Positions 9,799 through 18,352 of a DNA stretch of 64,000 nt are shown here, in pieces. Position 1 is the stretch's first letter, and every line of letters begins with the position of its first letter. Origin of the DNA: Caulobacter sp. (lineage in GTDB: Bacteria > Pseudomonadota > Alphaproteobacteria > Caulobacterales > Caulobacteraceae); assembly GCA_030683005.1 (NCBI GenBank), contig JAUXMY010000018.1, positions 5,090-69,089 of the forward strand, given 5' to 3'. The notes under the pieces were generated by a model that did not search any database, had not been told where the DNA came from, and worked only from the letters and a program-made list of their open reading frames with translations. Made by a program: the position numbers and the translations under genes.

Positions 9799-11718
9799 TC
9801 AGGCCGCCGCGGCGTCCGCGTTCTCGCCGGTCAGGACGGCCGCGATGCGGGCGACCAGCACGCTGGGCGACAGCGGCTTGGACACGACCCCGTTCATACC
9901 GGCCGCCAGGTAGGCGTCGGTCTGGTGCTGCAGAGCATTGGCGGTCATGGCCAGGATCGGGGTGGAGGCCGCAGGGCCGGGCATGGCGCGGATGAGGCGG
10001 GTGGCCTGCACCCCGTCCATCACCGGCATCTGGACGTCCATGAAGATCAGGTCGAACGACGCGCGGGCGACCGCATCCACACCGAGACGGCCGTCTTCCG
10101 CCGTCTCGACCTCGGCCCCCAGCTGTTCCAGCAGCCGCGTGGCGATCAGGCGATTGGTCGGATTGTCCTCGACGACCAACACCCGCAGGCCTTCAAGCAG
10201 GGCGCCCGGCGTGCTCGCCTCGACGACCGGCTCGTCGACCGCCGGCGCGGCGATCTCCAGCCAGAAGGTGGAGCCCACGCCGGGCGCGCTGCGCATGCCG
10301 ATCTCGCCGCCCATCAGCTCGGCCAGTCGGCGGCTGATCGCAAGCCCCAGACCTGAGCCGCCGAAGCGTCGGGTGGTCGAGCCGTCCGCCTGGTGGAAGC
10401 GCTGGAACAGGTCGGCCTGGGCCTCCTGGGATATGCCGACTCCCGAGTCGCTGATCTCGAACCGAAGCCGCGCCTCGCCGTCGCGTTTGCTGCGGATGAG
10501 CCGGGCGTCGACGCCGCCCTTGACCGTGAACTTCACCGCGTTGCCGATCAGGTTGAACAGCACCTGCCGCAGGCGCACCGGATCGACGGAGGACCAGCCC
10601 TGGCCCTGTTCGGCGTGGACGTGCAGCCACAGCCCGGCGGCTTCGGCCTGGGGCCGAAGCAGGCCGCCGACGCTGGCCAGCACTGCGGCCGGATCGACCG
10701 CTTCAGGGTGCATCTCCAGCCGGCCGGCCTCGATCCGCGAGAAGTCGATGACATCGTTGAGCAGTTCCGACAGCATCTGCCCGCAGCCGACCGCCTCGCC
10801 GAGCAGCCTGCGCGCGTCGTCGCTGAGGGGCTCGCCCTTCAGGAGGTGCAGCACGCCGAGCACCCCGTTCATCGGAGTGCGGATCTCGTGGCTCATGTTG
10901 GCCAGGAACTGTGACTTGGCTTCCGCGGCCGCCAGGGCGGCGTCGCGGGCCTCGGCGACCTCGCTGACGTCCTGGGTCAGGCCGAGCACCTGCCAGGCGC
11001 CGGACTCCATCCTGCGCAGGCCGCGCCAGGCGGCGCGCAGCGAGGCCCAGCCGCCGTCGCCGCGGGTATGGCGATACTCGATCACCTGCGGCTCGCCGGT
11101 CGCAAGGGTGCCGTAGAAGGCCTTGCGCATCTTCTCCTGGTCGTCGGGATGGATCTCTGCGGACATTTCGTCGGCGGTGATCTGGCGGTTGCCTGACGCG
11201 CCGACCGAGCCCGGGCGGGAAAGGTCCGGGTCGATGTCGTAGAGGCCGGTGTCAGGGTCGAAGCGCCAGATGAAGACGCCGGCGGCCTCGCGCAGCAGCT
11301 CGTTGGTGTGAATGGCGTCGGCGCTGTCGAGCCGGCGCACATGTTCGTCGGTGACGTCTTCGAGCACGATCACCGTGGCGTCGCTCGCCGCCCTCTTGGC
11401 GCGGGCGCGGACCCAGATGGCATGGCCGTCACGGTGCAGTATCCGGTGTTCGCCCCGGGCGTGGCCGTCTGTCCGCAGGGCGCCGACGATCTCCAGCACG
11501 ACGTCATGGTCGGCTGGATGGACGAACTCCTCGATCCTGCGGCCGATGGTTTCCTCGATCGACCAGCCGGTCAGTTCCGGCCACGCGGGATTGATGCGCG
11601 CGATCTCGCCGCCACGGAGCAGGGCGAATACGTCCACCGAGTTCTGGAAGAACCAACGCGCGGCCTCGATATCCAGATCGGAGGGCGCGTTGTTTTTGGG
11701 CGCCTCTGTCATTTCCAT
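9799..11718 (-). CDS. hybrid sensor histidine kinase/response regulator with N-terminal PAS repeats
   Basis: H-box MSHEIRTPMNGVLG, ATPase boxes IGNAVKFT, DSGVGI and GGSGLGLAISRRL. The C-terminal receiver reads VLVVEDNPTNR...DLIFMDVQMPVMDG...KPL. Confidence 0.92.
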   Translation of the reverse strand: MEMTEAPKNNAPSDLDIEAARWFFQNSVDVFALLRGGEIARINPAWPELTGWSIEETIGRRIEEFVHPADHDVVLEIVGALRTDGHARGEHRILHRDGHAIWVRARAKRAASDATVIVLEDVTDEHVRRLDSADAIHTNELLREAAGVFIWRFDPDTGLYDIDPDLSRPGSVGASGNRQITADEMSAEIHPDDQEKMRKAFYGTLATGEPQVIEYRHTRGDGGWASLRAAWRGLRRMESGAWQVLGLTQDVSEVAEARDAALAAAEAKSQFLANMSHEIRTPMNGVLGVLHLLKGEPLSDDARRLLGEAVGCGQMLSELLNDVIDFSRIEAGRLEMHPEAVDPAAVLASVGGLLRPQAEAAGLWLHVHAEQGQGWSSVDPVRLRQVLFNLIGNAVKFTVKGGVDARLIRSKRDGEARLRFEISDSGVGISQEAQADLFQRFHQADGSTTRRFGGSGLGLAISRRLAELMGGEIGMRSAPGVGSTFWLEIAAPAVDEPVVEASTPGALLEGLRVLVVEDNPTNRLIATRLLEQLGAEVETAEDGRLGVDAVARASFDLIFMDVQMPVMDGVQATRLIRAMPGPAASTPILAMTANALQHQTDAYLAAGMNGVVSKPLSPSVLVARIAAVLTGENADAAAA

Positions 11719-11817
11719 CCCTTACCTTCGGGAACCATGGACCGAACGAGGTAAAGTTTGGGTTGCGACATACCGCCGGTTCGATAAGGGGGACATCTCG
11801 TCGCACTGGAGCAGATC

Positions 11818-13065
11818 ATGACCAAACCCGAGAGCATCGGCCTGTCGTCGGAACGCCTGGCCCGGATCCCGGCCTTCCTCGACGAGCGCTACATCAAGAC
11901 CGGCAAGCTGCCCTGCGCCCAGGTCCAGGTCTGGCGGCGCGGCAAGCTGGCGGTGGACGAGGTGCTGGGTCTGGCCGACCGCGAGCGGAACCGGCCGCTG
12001 GAGAAGGACGCCATCTTCCGCATCTACTCGATGACCAAGCCGGTCACCTCGGTGGCCTTCATGATGCTGGTCGAGCAGGGGCTGGTGGCGCTGGACGACC
12101 CGGTGGCGAAGTTCATTCCGGAGTGGGCGAACCTGGGCGTCTTCGCCGCCGGCACGGACGCCGGCTGGGCGACCACGCCGCCGGCCCGGCCGATGCTGAT
12201 GATCGACCTGCTGCGCCACACCAGCGGCCTGACCTACGGGTTTCAGATGCAGGGCAACATCGATGCGGCCTACCGCAAGCTGAAAGTGGCCGAGGATCTG
12301 CGGCTGGGCACGCTGCGGGAGTTCATCGACAAGCTGGCGAAACTGCCGCTGGTGTTCTCGCCGGGCGAGGCCTGGAACTACTCGGTCAGCACCGACGTGC
12401 TGGGCTACCTGGTCGAGACGATCAGCGGCCTGCCGTTCGCCGACTTCCTCGAGCAGAAGATCTTCCAGCCGCTGGGCATGGTCGACACCGCCTTCACCGT
12501 GCCGGCCGACAAGGCCGACCGGCTGACGGCCTGCTACGCCGCGGGCCAGCTCGGGTCCAAGGCGGTGAAGGCCGGGCCGCCGACGCTGCAGGACGATCCG
12601 GAAAAGAGCCCCTACCAGACGGCGACCGAGTTCCCGTCGGGCGGCGGCGGTCTGACCAGCACCATGGCCGACTACATGCGGTTCGCCCGCATGCTGCTGA
12701 ACGGCGGCGAGCTGGACGGGGCGCGGCTGCTCAGCCCCAAGACGCTGCAGCTGATGACCACCAACCACCTGCCCGGCGGCAAGGACCTGACGCAGATGTC
12801 GAAGTCGCTGTTCAGCGAGGCGACCTACGCCGGGGTCGGCTTCGGCCTGGGCTTCGGCGTCACCGTCGACCCCGCCGCCACCATGATCCCCGGCAGCAAG
12901 GGCGACTTCTTCTGGGGCGGCGCGGCCAGCACCTTCTTCTGGGTCGACCCGGTCGAGGACCTGGCCGTGGTGTTCATGACCCAGCTGCTGCCCTCGTCGG
13001 CCTATGCGGTCCGACGGGAGCTGCGCACCCTGGTCTACTCGGCCTTCACGGAATCTGCGACGTAA
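11818..13065 (+). CDS. serine hydrolase of the beta-lactamase/esterase (class C-like) family
   Basis: 415 aa with the SxxK motif in YSMTKPVTS, a YSVSTDVLG block and the C-terminal GDFFWGGAASTFFWVDP signature. Confidence 0.85.
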   Translation: MTKPESIGLSSERLARIPAFLDERYIKTGKLPCAQVQVWRRGKLAVDEVLGLADRERNRPLEKDAIFRIYSMTKPVTSVAFMMLVEQGLVALDDPVAKFIPEWANLGVFAAGTDAGWATTPPARPMLMIDLLRHTSGLTYGFQMQGNIDAAYRKLKVAEDLRLGTLREFIDKLAKLPLVFSPGEAWNYSVSTDVLGYLVETISGLPFADFLEQKIFQPLGMVDTAFTVPADKADRLTACYAAGQLGSKAVKAGPPTLQDDPEKSPYQTATEFPSGGGGLTSTMADYMRFARMLLNGGELDGARLLSPKTLQLMTTNHLPGGKDLTQMSKSLFSEATYAGVGFGLGFGVTVDPAATMIPGSKGDFFWGGAASTFFWVDPVEDLAVVFMTQLLPSSAYAVRRELRTLVYSAFTESAT

Positions 13066-14572
13066 CCACGTCCTCCGCCGCCTGGGCCTTGGCCGCGAGG
13101 GTCCTCAGGGTCTCCTGATGGCTCTCGCGGGTGATGTTGTAGAAGGTCATGACGCCCAGCGCCGCGCCGTACAGCACCATGATGACGGGGATGTAGACCA
13201 GCGCCAGGTTGGTCACCACCTCCTGCGGCACCTCCGAGGGCTTGGCCCCCATCGGGAAGGCGACGATGGTCAGGATCAGGCCGGCGACCATGACGCCGAT
13301 GCCGCTGACCGCCTTCTGCACCAGGCTGGTGAAGGCGAAGAACAGGCCCTCGTTACGGCGGCCGGTGCGCTCCTCGCTGTACTCGACCACGTCGGCCAGC
13401 ATGGCGGTGATCAGGATGGCGGCGGTAATGCCCAGGATGCCGCGCACGACGCCGTCGAGGAACAGCCACGGCACGATCTGCGGAATCCCGGTATCGCCGA
13501 TCATGTCGCCGTTGTCGGGGAAGAAGCCGATCAGGCGCAGGATCAGCGGCAGGAAGCCGATGACCACCGAGGCGGCCAGCAGCACCGCGCCCGCCTTCTT
13601 CTTTCCCGACCGTTTGGTCAGCATCGGCGCGGCGATCAGGGCCACGGCCGAGGAGATGTAGCTGTCGAGCACCAGCACGCCGGTCCAGGTCGAGCTCAGC
13701 TCCCAGAAGTAGGTCGAGAAGTAGAAGGCCAGCGAGAAGCTGACGCCCTGGGCGACGGCCGCGAACAGGCCCACGCCGGTGATGACCAGGAAGGGCCGGA
13801 TCGACAGGGTCGAGCCCATCTCCTTCAGCGTCTCGACGAAAGTCAGGCCCCGGTCGGGCGCCGGCTGCGGCAGCCAGGGGATGAAGCGGTGGGTGCCGGC
13901 CGCCGACACCAGGATCGACACGAACATCAGCCCCGCCCCGACGTAGCCGTAGAGGGCGTAGCCGTCGCGGTTCAGCTGCCCGATCGGGTATTCCGCCGTC
14001 GGCTGCAGGAAGACGAAGAACATGATGACGGTGAGGGTCAGGCCGCCCCACCAGGCGAAGAAATAGCGCCAGCCCAGGATCGCCGACCGCTCGTTGTAGT
14101 CGGTCGACAGCTCGGCCGACATCGCCGAGGACGGGATCTCGTAGAGCACGATGAAGGTCCGCACGACCACGACGACCACGGCCAGATAGGCGATCAGGGC
14201 CGGGTCGCTCCAGTCGGTCGGCGGGTTCCACAGCAGCAGGAACGACAGGGCCACCGGAATGGCCGCGCCGTACATGAAGGGGTGTCGCCGCCCCCAGCGG
14301 GTGCGCAGGTTGTCCGACAACTGGCCGACCCAGGGATCGATCAGGCAGTCGACGAAGGTGGCCACCCCGATGGCGATGGCCACCGTCGAGGCGGGCAGGC
14401 CGATGACCTGGTTGTAGAACAGCAGCAGGAAGACCCGGAAGCCGTTGTCCTTGATGCCGAAGGCGATGGATCCGAAGCCGTACAGCGCCTTGGTGCCCAG
14501 CCCGATCCGGGGGCGGGCCCCCAGGGCGGTCAGGCCCGATATCGCGCTGCCCGGCGCCACGGCTTCGGTCAT
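13046..14572 (-). CDS. MFS/GPH-family (glycoside-pentoside-hexuronide type) cation symporter
   Basis: 508-aa polytopic membrane protein. The N-terminal GFGSIAFGIKDNGFRVFLLLFYNQVIGL block is typical of GPH transporters. Confidence 0.8.
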   Translation of the reverse strand: MTEAVAPGSAISGLTALGARPRIGLGTKALYGFGSIAFGIKDNGFRVFLLLFYNQVIGLPASTVAIAIGVATFVDCLIDPWVGQLSDNLRTRWGRRHPFMYGAAIPVALSFLLLWNPPTDWSDPALIAYLAVVVVVVRTFIVLYEIPSSAMSAELSTDYNERSAILGWRYFFAWWGGLTLTVIMFFVFLQPTAEYPIGQLNRDGYALYGYVGAGLMFVSILVSAAGTHRFIPWLPQPAPDRGLTFVETLKEMGSTLSIRPFLVITGVGLFAAVAQGVSFSLAFYFSTYFWELSSTWTGVLVLDSYISSAVALIAAPMLTKRSGKKKAGAVLLAASVVIGFLPLILRLIGFFPDNGDMIGDTGIPQIVPWLFLDGVVRGILGITAAILITAMLADVVEYSEERTGRRNEGLFFAFTSLVQKAVSGIGVMVAGLILTIVAFPMGAKPSEVPQEVVTNLALVYIPVIMVLYGAALGVMTFYNITRESHQETLRTLAAKAQAAEDVVTSQIP

Positions 14573-14655
14573 ACAGTCTCCTCCGGCATCCCCCGCGGTC
14601 TTGCGCCACGGTCTGGATTCGAAGGTGAGGTACGGCTGGCGGCGGTGTCAATCGC

Positions 14656-14670
14656 GTGACGCTGCGTCAC
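14656..14670. promoter_or_regulatory. perfect 15-nt palindrome GTGACGC-T-GCGTCAC upstream of the GPH transporter gene
   Basis: Read directly from the sequence. It lies about 85-100 nt upstream of the transporter start at 14572 and 24 nt beyond the stop of the lipoprotein gene. An operator role is inference only. Confidence 0.3.
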
Positions 14671-14693
14671 CGTGGGTTCCGCCGCCGCTTGTC

Positions 14694-15206
14694 TCATTTC
14701 GCCGCCTGGCAGTCGCCCAGGCGCTCGGCGACGACGCTCATCTTCATGGGATTGGGCGCCCCGGGCGCCGCCGGCGACATCCGCATCTCCGTCTCGACCG
14801 TGTAGCGCCTGGAGAAGTCGCCCGAGGCGGTCATGTCCATGGTGGTGGTGATGCCTTCGGAGGCGCAGACCGCGTGGGTGGTCACCCGGCCGCCGGAGAC
14901 CTTCGTCTCCATCTGCGAGCAGTTGTCCGGGCGTTTGCGGGCGCCGGTCGCCCAGGTGTCGTCCTTCAGGTCGTCGGCGGTCAGACAGACCTCGATGGCG
15001 GGCATGGCGCCGGCCGGCAGGCCCGCCATCGTCGTGGTCATCTTCCATCGGCCGGGCGTGGGCTTCATCACCACACCCGCCGAGACGGCCGGCGCCGCGG
15101 CCGGGGTCTCCGCCGTCGGGGCCGCGTCCTCGGTCTTCTTCGAACAGGCGCCCAGCGCCAGGAGCAGCGCGACGCCGCCGGCCGCAAGGAAGGTCGCACG
15201 CGTCAT
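14694..15206 (-). CDS. DUF3617-like lipoprotein
   Basis: The start is set at MTRATFLAAGGVALLLALGAC (lipobox LGAC). The mature part contains GRWKMTTTM. The upstream part of the 236-aa ORF lies in repeat family A and is discounted. Confidence 0.65.
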   Translation of the reverse strand: MTRATFLAAGGVALLLALGACSKKTEDAAPTAETPAAAPAVSAGVVMKPTPGRWKMTTTMAGLPAGAMPAIEVCLTADDLKDDTWATGARKRPDNCSQMETKVSGGRVTTHAVCASEGITTTMDMTASGDFSRRYTVETEMRMSPAAPGAPNPMKMSVVAERLGDCQAAK

Positions 15207-15292
15207 GGATGGTCTCCCCGATGTGAGGCCGCCAGCTTGGCGCGCGCCGCGCCGCCCGGCAAGCGGGCCGCGGGGGAGGGGGGATCCGGAAA

Positions 15293-15443
15293 GCCCTCCT
15301 CCTCGATGGAGGAGGGTTGGGTGGTGGTGTGGCCGTGGCGATGCGGGGAGGGCGCAAAGGGGCGCCGGCGCCTTGCCGAGCCCTTCCTTCAACACGGCGG
15401 CCACACCACCATCCCCGGCCCTTCCTCCATCGAGGAGGAAGGG
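15293..15443. repeat. 151-bp structured palindromic repeat, family A, copy 2
   Basis: It has the same termini and conserved core blocks (GCGGGGAGGGCGC ... GCCGAGCCCTTCCTT) as copy 1. It sits in the divergent intergenic region between the DUF3617 and DUF4126 genes. Confidence 0.85.
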
Positions 15444-15490
15444 AGTCTCCTGCGCTTGCCACCGCCGCCGGTCCGGGTTCTCCTGCCGCC

Positions 15491-16075
15491 ATGCCGATGG
15501 AGCTGGTCCAGACCTGGGTCCTGCCGGCGCTGCTCGGGCTGGGCCTGGCGGCGGCGGCGGGGCTGCGCGCCTTCCTGCCGCTGCTCCTGCTGGCGCTGGC
15601 CGCGAAGTTCGAGCTGTTCGGCGTCGACCTCAACGAGCGCGCCGCCTGGCTGGGCAGCGACGTGGCCGTCATCACCCTGGCCATCGCCACGGCGGTGGAG
15701 CTGGCCGCCGACAAGGTCCCCTTCCTCGACCACGCCCTGTCGGCGCTGGGCACGATCACCCGCCCGGTCGCCGCCGTGATCGCGGCGGGCAGCGTCTTCG
15801 CCGGGGTCGATCCGGTCATCGCCGCCGTCGCCGGCCTGATCATCGGCGCCCCCACGGCGCTCGCCTTCCACGCCGCCCAGAGCGGCACGCGCGTGGCCAG
15901 CACCGCGATGACCGGGGGGCTGGCCAATCCGCTGGTCTCGATCGTCGAGGACATCCTGGCCTTCGCCACCGTCCTCCTCGCGCTGGCCGCCCCGCTGCTC
16001 GTCCCGCTCGCCCTGCTGGCATTGCTGTGGCTGATCTGGCGGCTGGTGAAGGCCGTGCGGCGGCGGGTGGCGTAG
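15491..16075 (+). CDS. DUF4126-family integral membrane protein
   Basis: The start is set at MPMELVQTW. A VELAADKVPFLDHALS block is present and the protein has several hydrophobic helices. The upstream part of the 252-aa ORF is repeat-derived. Confidence 0.7.
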   Translation: MPMELVQTWVLPALLGLGLAAAAGLRAFLPLLLLALAAKFELFGVDLNERAAWLGSDVAVITLAIATAVELAADKVPFLDHALSALGTITRPVAAVIAAGSVFAGVDPVIAAVAGLIIGAPTALAFHAAQSGTRVASTAMTGGLANPLVSIVEDILAFATVLLALAAPLLVPLALLALLWLIWRLVKAVRRRVA

Positions 16076-16078
16076 CCC

Positions 16079-16711
16079 CTACCCATCCCCACCGCCCTCC
16101 CGCGCGGCGGTCGCGGCCTCGTGCTTGCGGCGCCAGGCGTCGGCGCGAGCCAGGTAGCCGGGCGGGATGCCCTGGCCGGTGATCAGGGCCGTGGCCAGGT
16201 CGCCGGCGACACTGAAGGCGAAGTCGGTGAAGGCAGACTGTCTCGCTTCGGCTTCGATCGGGTCATCGTCCTCCTGCGAAAGGGGGACAACCTGGTCGAG
16301 CCGGGCGATCAGCGCCGCCGTCCGGGCCTGGCGCAGCGCCGCCAGCGGATCGCCCGCCGCCAGGCTGCGCACGGCCATGCGCAGCGACATCCGCGCCACC
16401 TCGCCCGGGTCGTGGTCGACCGGCCGCAGCATGCGCTCGGCCAGCGAGGCCAGGTGCGGCGGCAGGTCCGACGCGGCCCCGGGCTCCGCCGCCGGAGCGG
16501 CCGCGCCGACCGTTGCGGCGCAAGGCCCGCCGGCCACCCAGGCCCGCTTGGTCCAGCCCTCCCGCTGCGCCCGCTTGCGCAACGCCCCGACCGACACCCC
16601 GAACCGCGCCGCCGCCGTCGGCGCGGAAAGACCGGAGAGATAGGCCGCCCGGATCAACTCCCAGGTGGCCGGCGAGGCGGTGACATAGGTGGTGCGTGGC
16701 TTGGCTTTCAT
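16079..16711 (-). CDS. hypothetical protein with N-terminal helix-turn-helix
   Basis: The start is set at MKAKPRTTYV. SAPTAAARFGVSVGALRKRAQREGW looks like a small HTH. No family was recognised for the rest. Confidence 0.5.
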   Translation of the reverse strand: MKAKPRTTYVTASPATWELIRAAYLSGLSAPTAAARFGVSVGALRKRAQREGWTKRAWVAGGPCAATVGAAAPAAEPGAASDLPPHLASLAERMLRPVDHDPGEVARMSLRMAVRSLAAGDPLAALRQARTAALIARLDQVVPLSQEDDDPIEAEARQSAFTDFAFSVAGDLATALITGQGIPPGYLARADAWRRKHEAATAAREGGGDG

Positions 16712-16805
16712 GCCGCGGAGTGTGTGCCCGCGCGCCGGGGAGGCGGATAAACCGGCGGCTATCCCCCCGGTTTCAGGGGCCGAATGGGGCGGAAAGTCCT
16801 TGTTT

Positions 16806-16834
16806 GTCTCGGGAGTATAGGTCTCGGGAGTCTC
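16806..16834. repeat. tandem direct repeats GTCTCGGGAGT (two full copies 15 bp apart plus a partial third)
   Basis: GTCTCGGGAGTATAGGTCTCGGGAGTCTCG, read directly. It lies about 100 nt upstream of the HTH gene start. Confidence 0.5.
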
Positions 16835-17143
16835 GCTTTGTCGGTGGATAGATCGGCCGCCAGTCCTCCCCGGAACGCAGCGAGGGGGAGGGGGACCCTC
16901 CGAAGCCGCAGGCGAAGGAGGGTGGAGGGGTGATGCCGCGCGCAGCCGCATTTCTCTCCGTCTCCCCGGCGACCCGAAGGGCGGCGCGGAGCGCCAACGC
17001 CGGGGTCCATCAGGGCGAGGGCTGGAGCAGTTTCATGGATCCCGGCCTTCGCCGGGAAGACGGGTATAGGGGGTGTCGCTCTGTCCCTTCCCGCTCAGGG
17101 AAGGGACCCATCCTTCCATCTCATGCAGGCCAGCGTGCCGGAC

Positions 17144-17222
17144 GGTCCAGGTCCGTCAAGGACCGCGCGCCGCGCGGCCGCGTCGCGGCGGGCCGCAGGC
17201 CCGTCCTTGACCGACCAGGACC
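17144..17222. repeat. long hairpin with 20-nt arms containing GTCAAGGAC / GTCCTTGAC
   Basis: GGTCCAGGTCCGTCAAGGAC ... GTCCTTGACCGACCAGGACC (18 of 20 complementary) around a GC-rich loop. A related hairpin lies at 21612-21668. Confidence 0.6.
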
Positions 17223-17246
17223 GCCCGGCGACCGTCTCGGCAAGAG

Positions 17247-17549
17247 ATGAAGGGGGTGGTGGGGTGGCCTAAGCCATCCGTTGCAAGCGGTACTGACCCC
17301 GCCCCGCGAACTCCAGATCCCCGGTCGATTGAGGCCGTGCGTGCCGAGGCGGAGGCCGATCCCGACACGGGCGAGGAGCTCTACGCGACCGTGCCGCTGA
17401 TCCGCGACCTCGGCCGACCGGTGAAGGCGAACCTGTCGCTGGACTCCGGCGTCCTGGCCGCCATCGACGCCACCGCGCGACGGCTGGGCGTCATCCGGTC
17501 GGCGATGGTGGAGCTGCTGGCCAAGCGGGGGCTGCCGGCGTTCGGGTGA
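17247..17549 (+). CDS. ribbon-helix-helix (HicB-family-like C-terminal domain) protein, possibly a truncated remnant
   Basis: The C-terminal VKANLSLDSGVLAAIDATARRLGVIRSAMVELLAKRGL resembles the RHH tail of HicB-type antitoxins. The N-terminal part is low-complexity and no partner toxin gene was seen. Confidence 0.4.
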   Translation: MKGVVGWPKPSVASGTDPAPRTPDPRSIEAVRAEAEADPDTGEELYATVPLIRDLGRPVKANLSLDSGVLAAIDATARRLGVIRSAMVELLAKRGLPAFG

Positions 17550-17587
17550 CGGGGAGGCAGAAATGAGTGTGTGTCCCCGTTTCCCCT

Positions 17588-17676
17588 CAGGCCTCCTTCC
17601 GCTCCCGCATGGGCGCGCTCGCGTCCGCCGCCTCGCCCTCCGCCGTCAGCAGGGGCGAACGCCAGGTCGAGCATCT
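17588..17676 (-). pseudogene. decayed duplicate of the uvrB 3' end
   Basis: 17591-17676 aligns with uvrB 18511-18601, about 78 of 86 aligned positions by eye plus one 5-nt deletion. On the minus strand it reads MLDLAF, then a frameshift, then LLTAEGEAADASAPMRERKEA-stop. The real gene reads [28 protein letters not shown]. Confidence 0.75.
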
Positions 17677-17704
17677 GCAACCACCCAGCCGCGCCCCCGC
17701 TCCC

Positions 17705-18043
17705 TCACGCCAGATGCGTCGGCAGGTCCATCGCGCCGTGCAGAACGCGGACGATCTCCACGCGGCTGTCATCGAAGCGATAGGCGATTACATGGGGCGG
17801 ATCGCCGACGCGGTTTGTCGGGGGCATGCCCTGCGCGGCGACGGCGAGCGCGTAGAGGCGCAGGTCGCCTATGCCGGCGGCGCGGGACGATGGACGGTCG
17901 GGGTCCGCGCGCAGGTCCTCGATCGCCTTGGCGATCAGGCGGCGATAGCGGTCGGCCGCGCGGGCGCCGTGGCGGTCGTGGCTGGTCCAGAGGATGAGGT
18001 CGATGTCGCGGCGCGCGCGGCGGGCGACATCCAGCGTTCTCAC
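17705..18043 (-). CDS. parE: ParE/RelE-superfamily toxin
   Basis: 112 aa. The N-terminal ARRDIDLILWTSHDRHGARAADRY and C-terminal HVIAYRFDDSRVEIVRVLHGAMD blocks are typical of ParE. The GTG start overlaps the antitoxin stop (GTGA). Confidence 0.8.
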   Translation of the reverse strand: MRTLDVARRARRDIDLILWTSHDRHGARAADRYRRLIAKAIEDLRADPDRPSSRAAGIGDLRLYALAVAAQGMPPTNRVGDPPHVIAYRFDDSRVEIVRVLHGAMDLPTHLA

Positions 18044-18291
18044 GTCGGTGGGCGGCGGCCCAGTCCGTCGAGCCAGGCGCCGACGTTGTCCACCGTCTCG
18101 ACACGGCCGGCCGCGATGTCGTCGAGGCCTTCCTGAACGAGGTTCTTGAACCGCTCTTCCCGCTGGTCGTCGCGCAGCCGGTCGAGCCCGGCGCGGACCA
18201 CCGCCGCCGCGTCCGGATAGGCGCCGGAGGCGACCTGGTCCTCGACGAAGCGGTCGAGGGGCGCGTCGAGGGTGACTTTCAGCGCGGTCAT
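18040..18291 (-). CDS. parD: ParD-type antitoxin (addiction-module antidote, CC2985-like family)
   Basis: An 83-aa reading frame inside the spurious 861-aa ORF: MTALKVTLDAPLDRFVEDQVASGAYPDAAAVVRAGLDRLRDDQ...IAAGR. It has a 4-nt overlap with parE. Confidence 0.8.
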   Translation of the reverse strand: MTALKVTLDAPLDRFVEDQVASGAYPDAAAVVRAGLDRLRDDQREERFKNLVQEGLDDIAAGRVETVDNVGAWLDGLGRRPPT

Positions 18292-18352
18292 GGGGTGGAC
18301 GGTATCATGGAAGTCGCGGGCGGGCGATGGCGGCGGTTGGGGACTGGATATC

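Noticed and set aside
9760-9805. tRNA-like T-loop string GGTTCGAAGCC near 9774.
   Set aside because: No acceptor stem, anticodon arm or D-arm could be drawn around it. It sits in the spacer downstream of the histidine kinase, next to a simple GCCTGA/TCAGGC hairpin.
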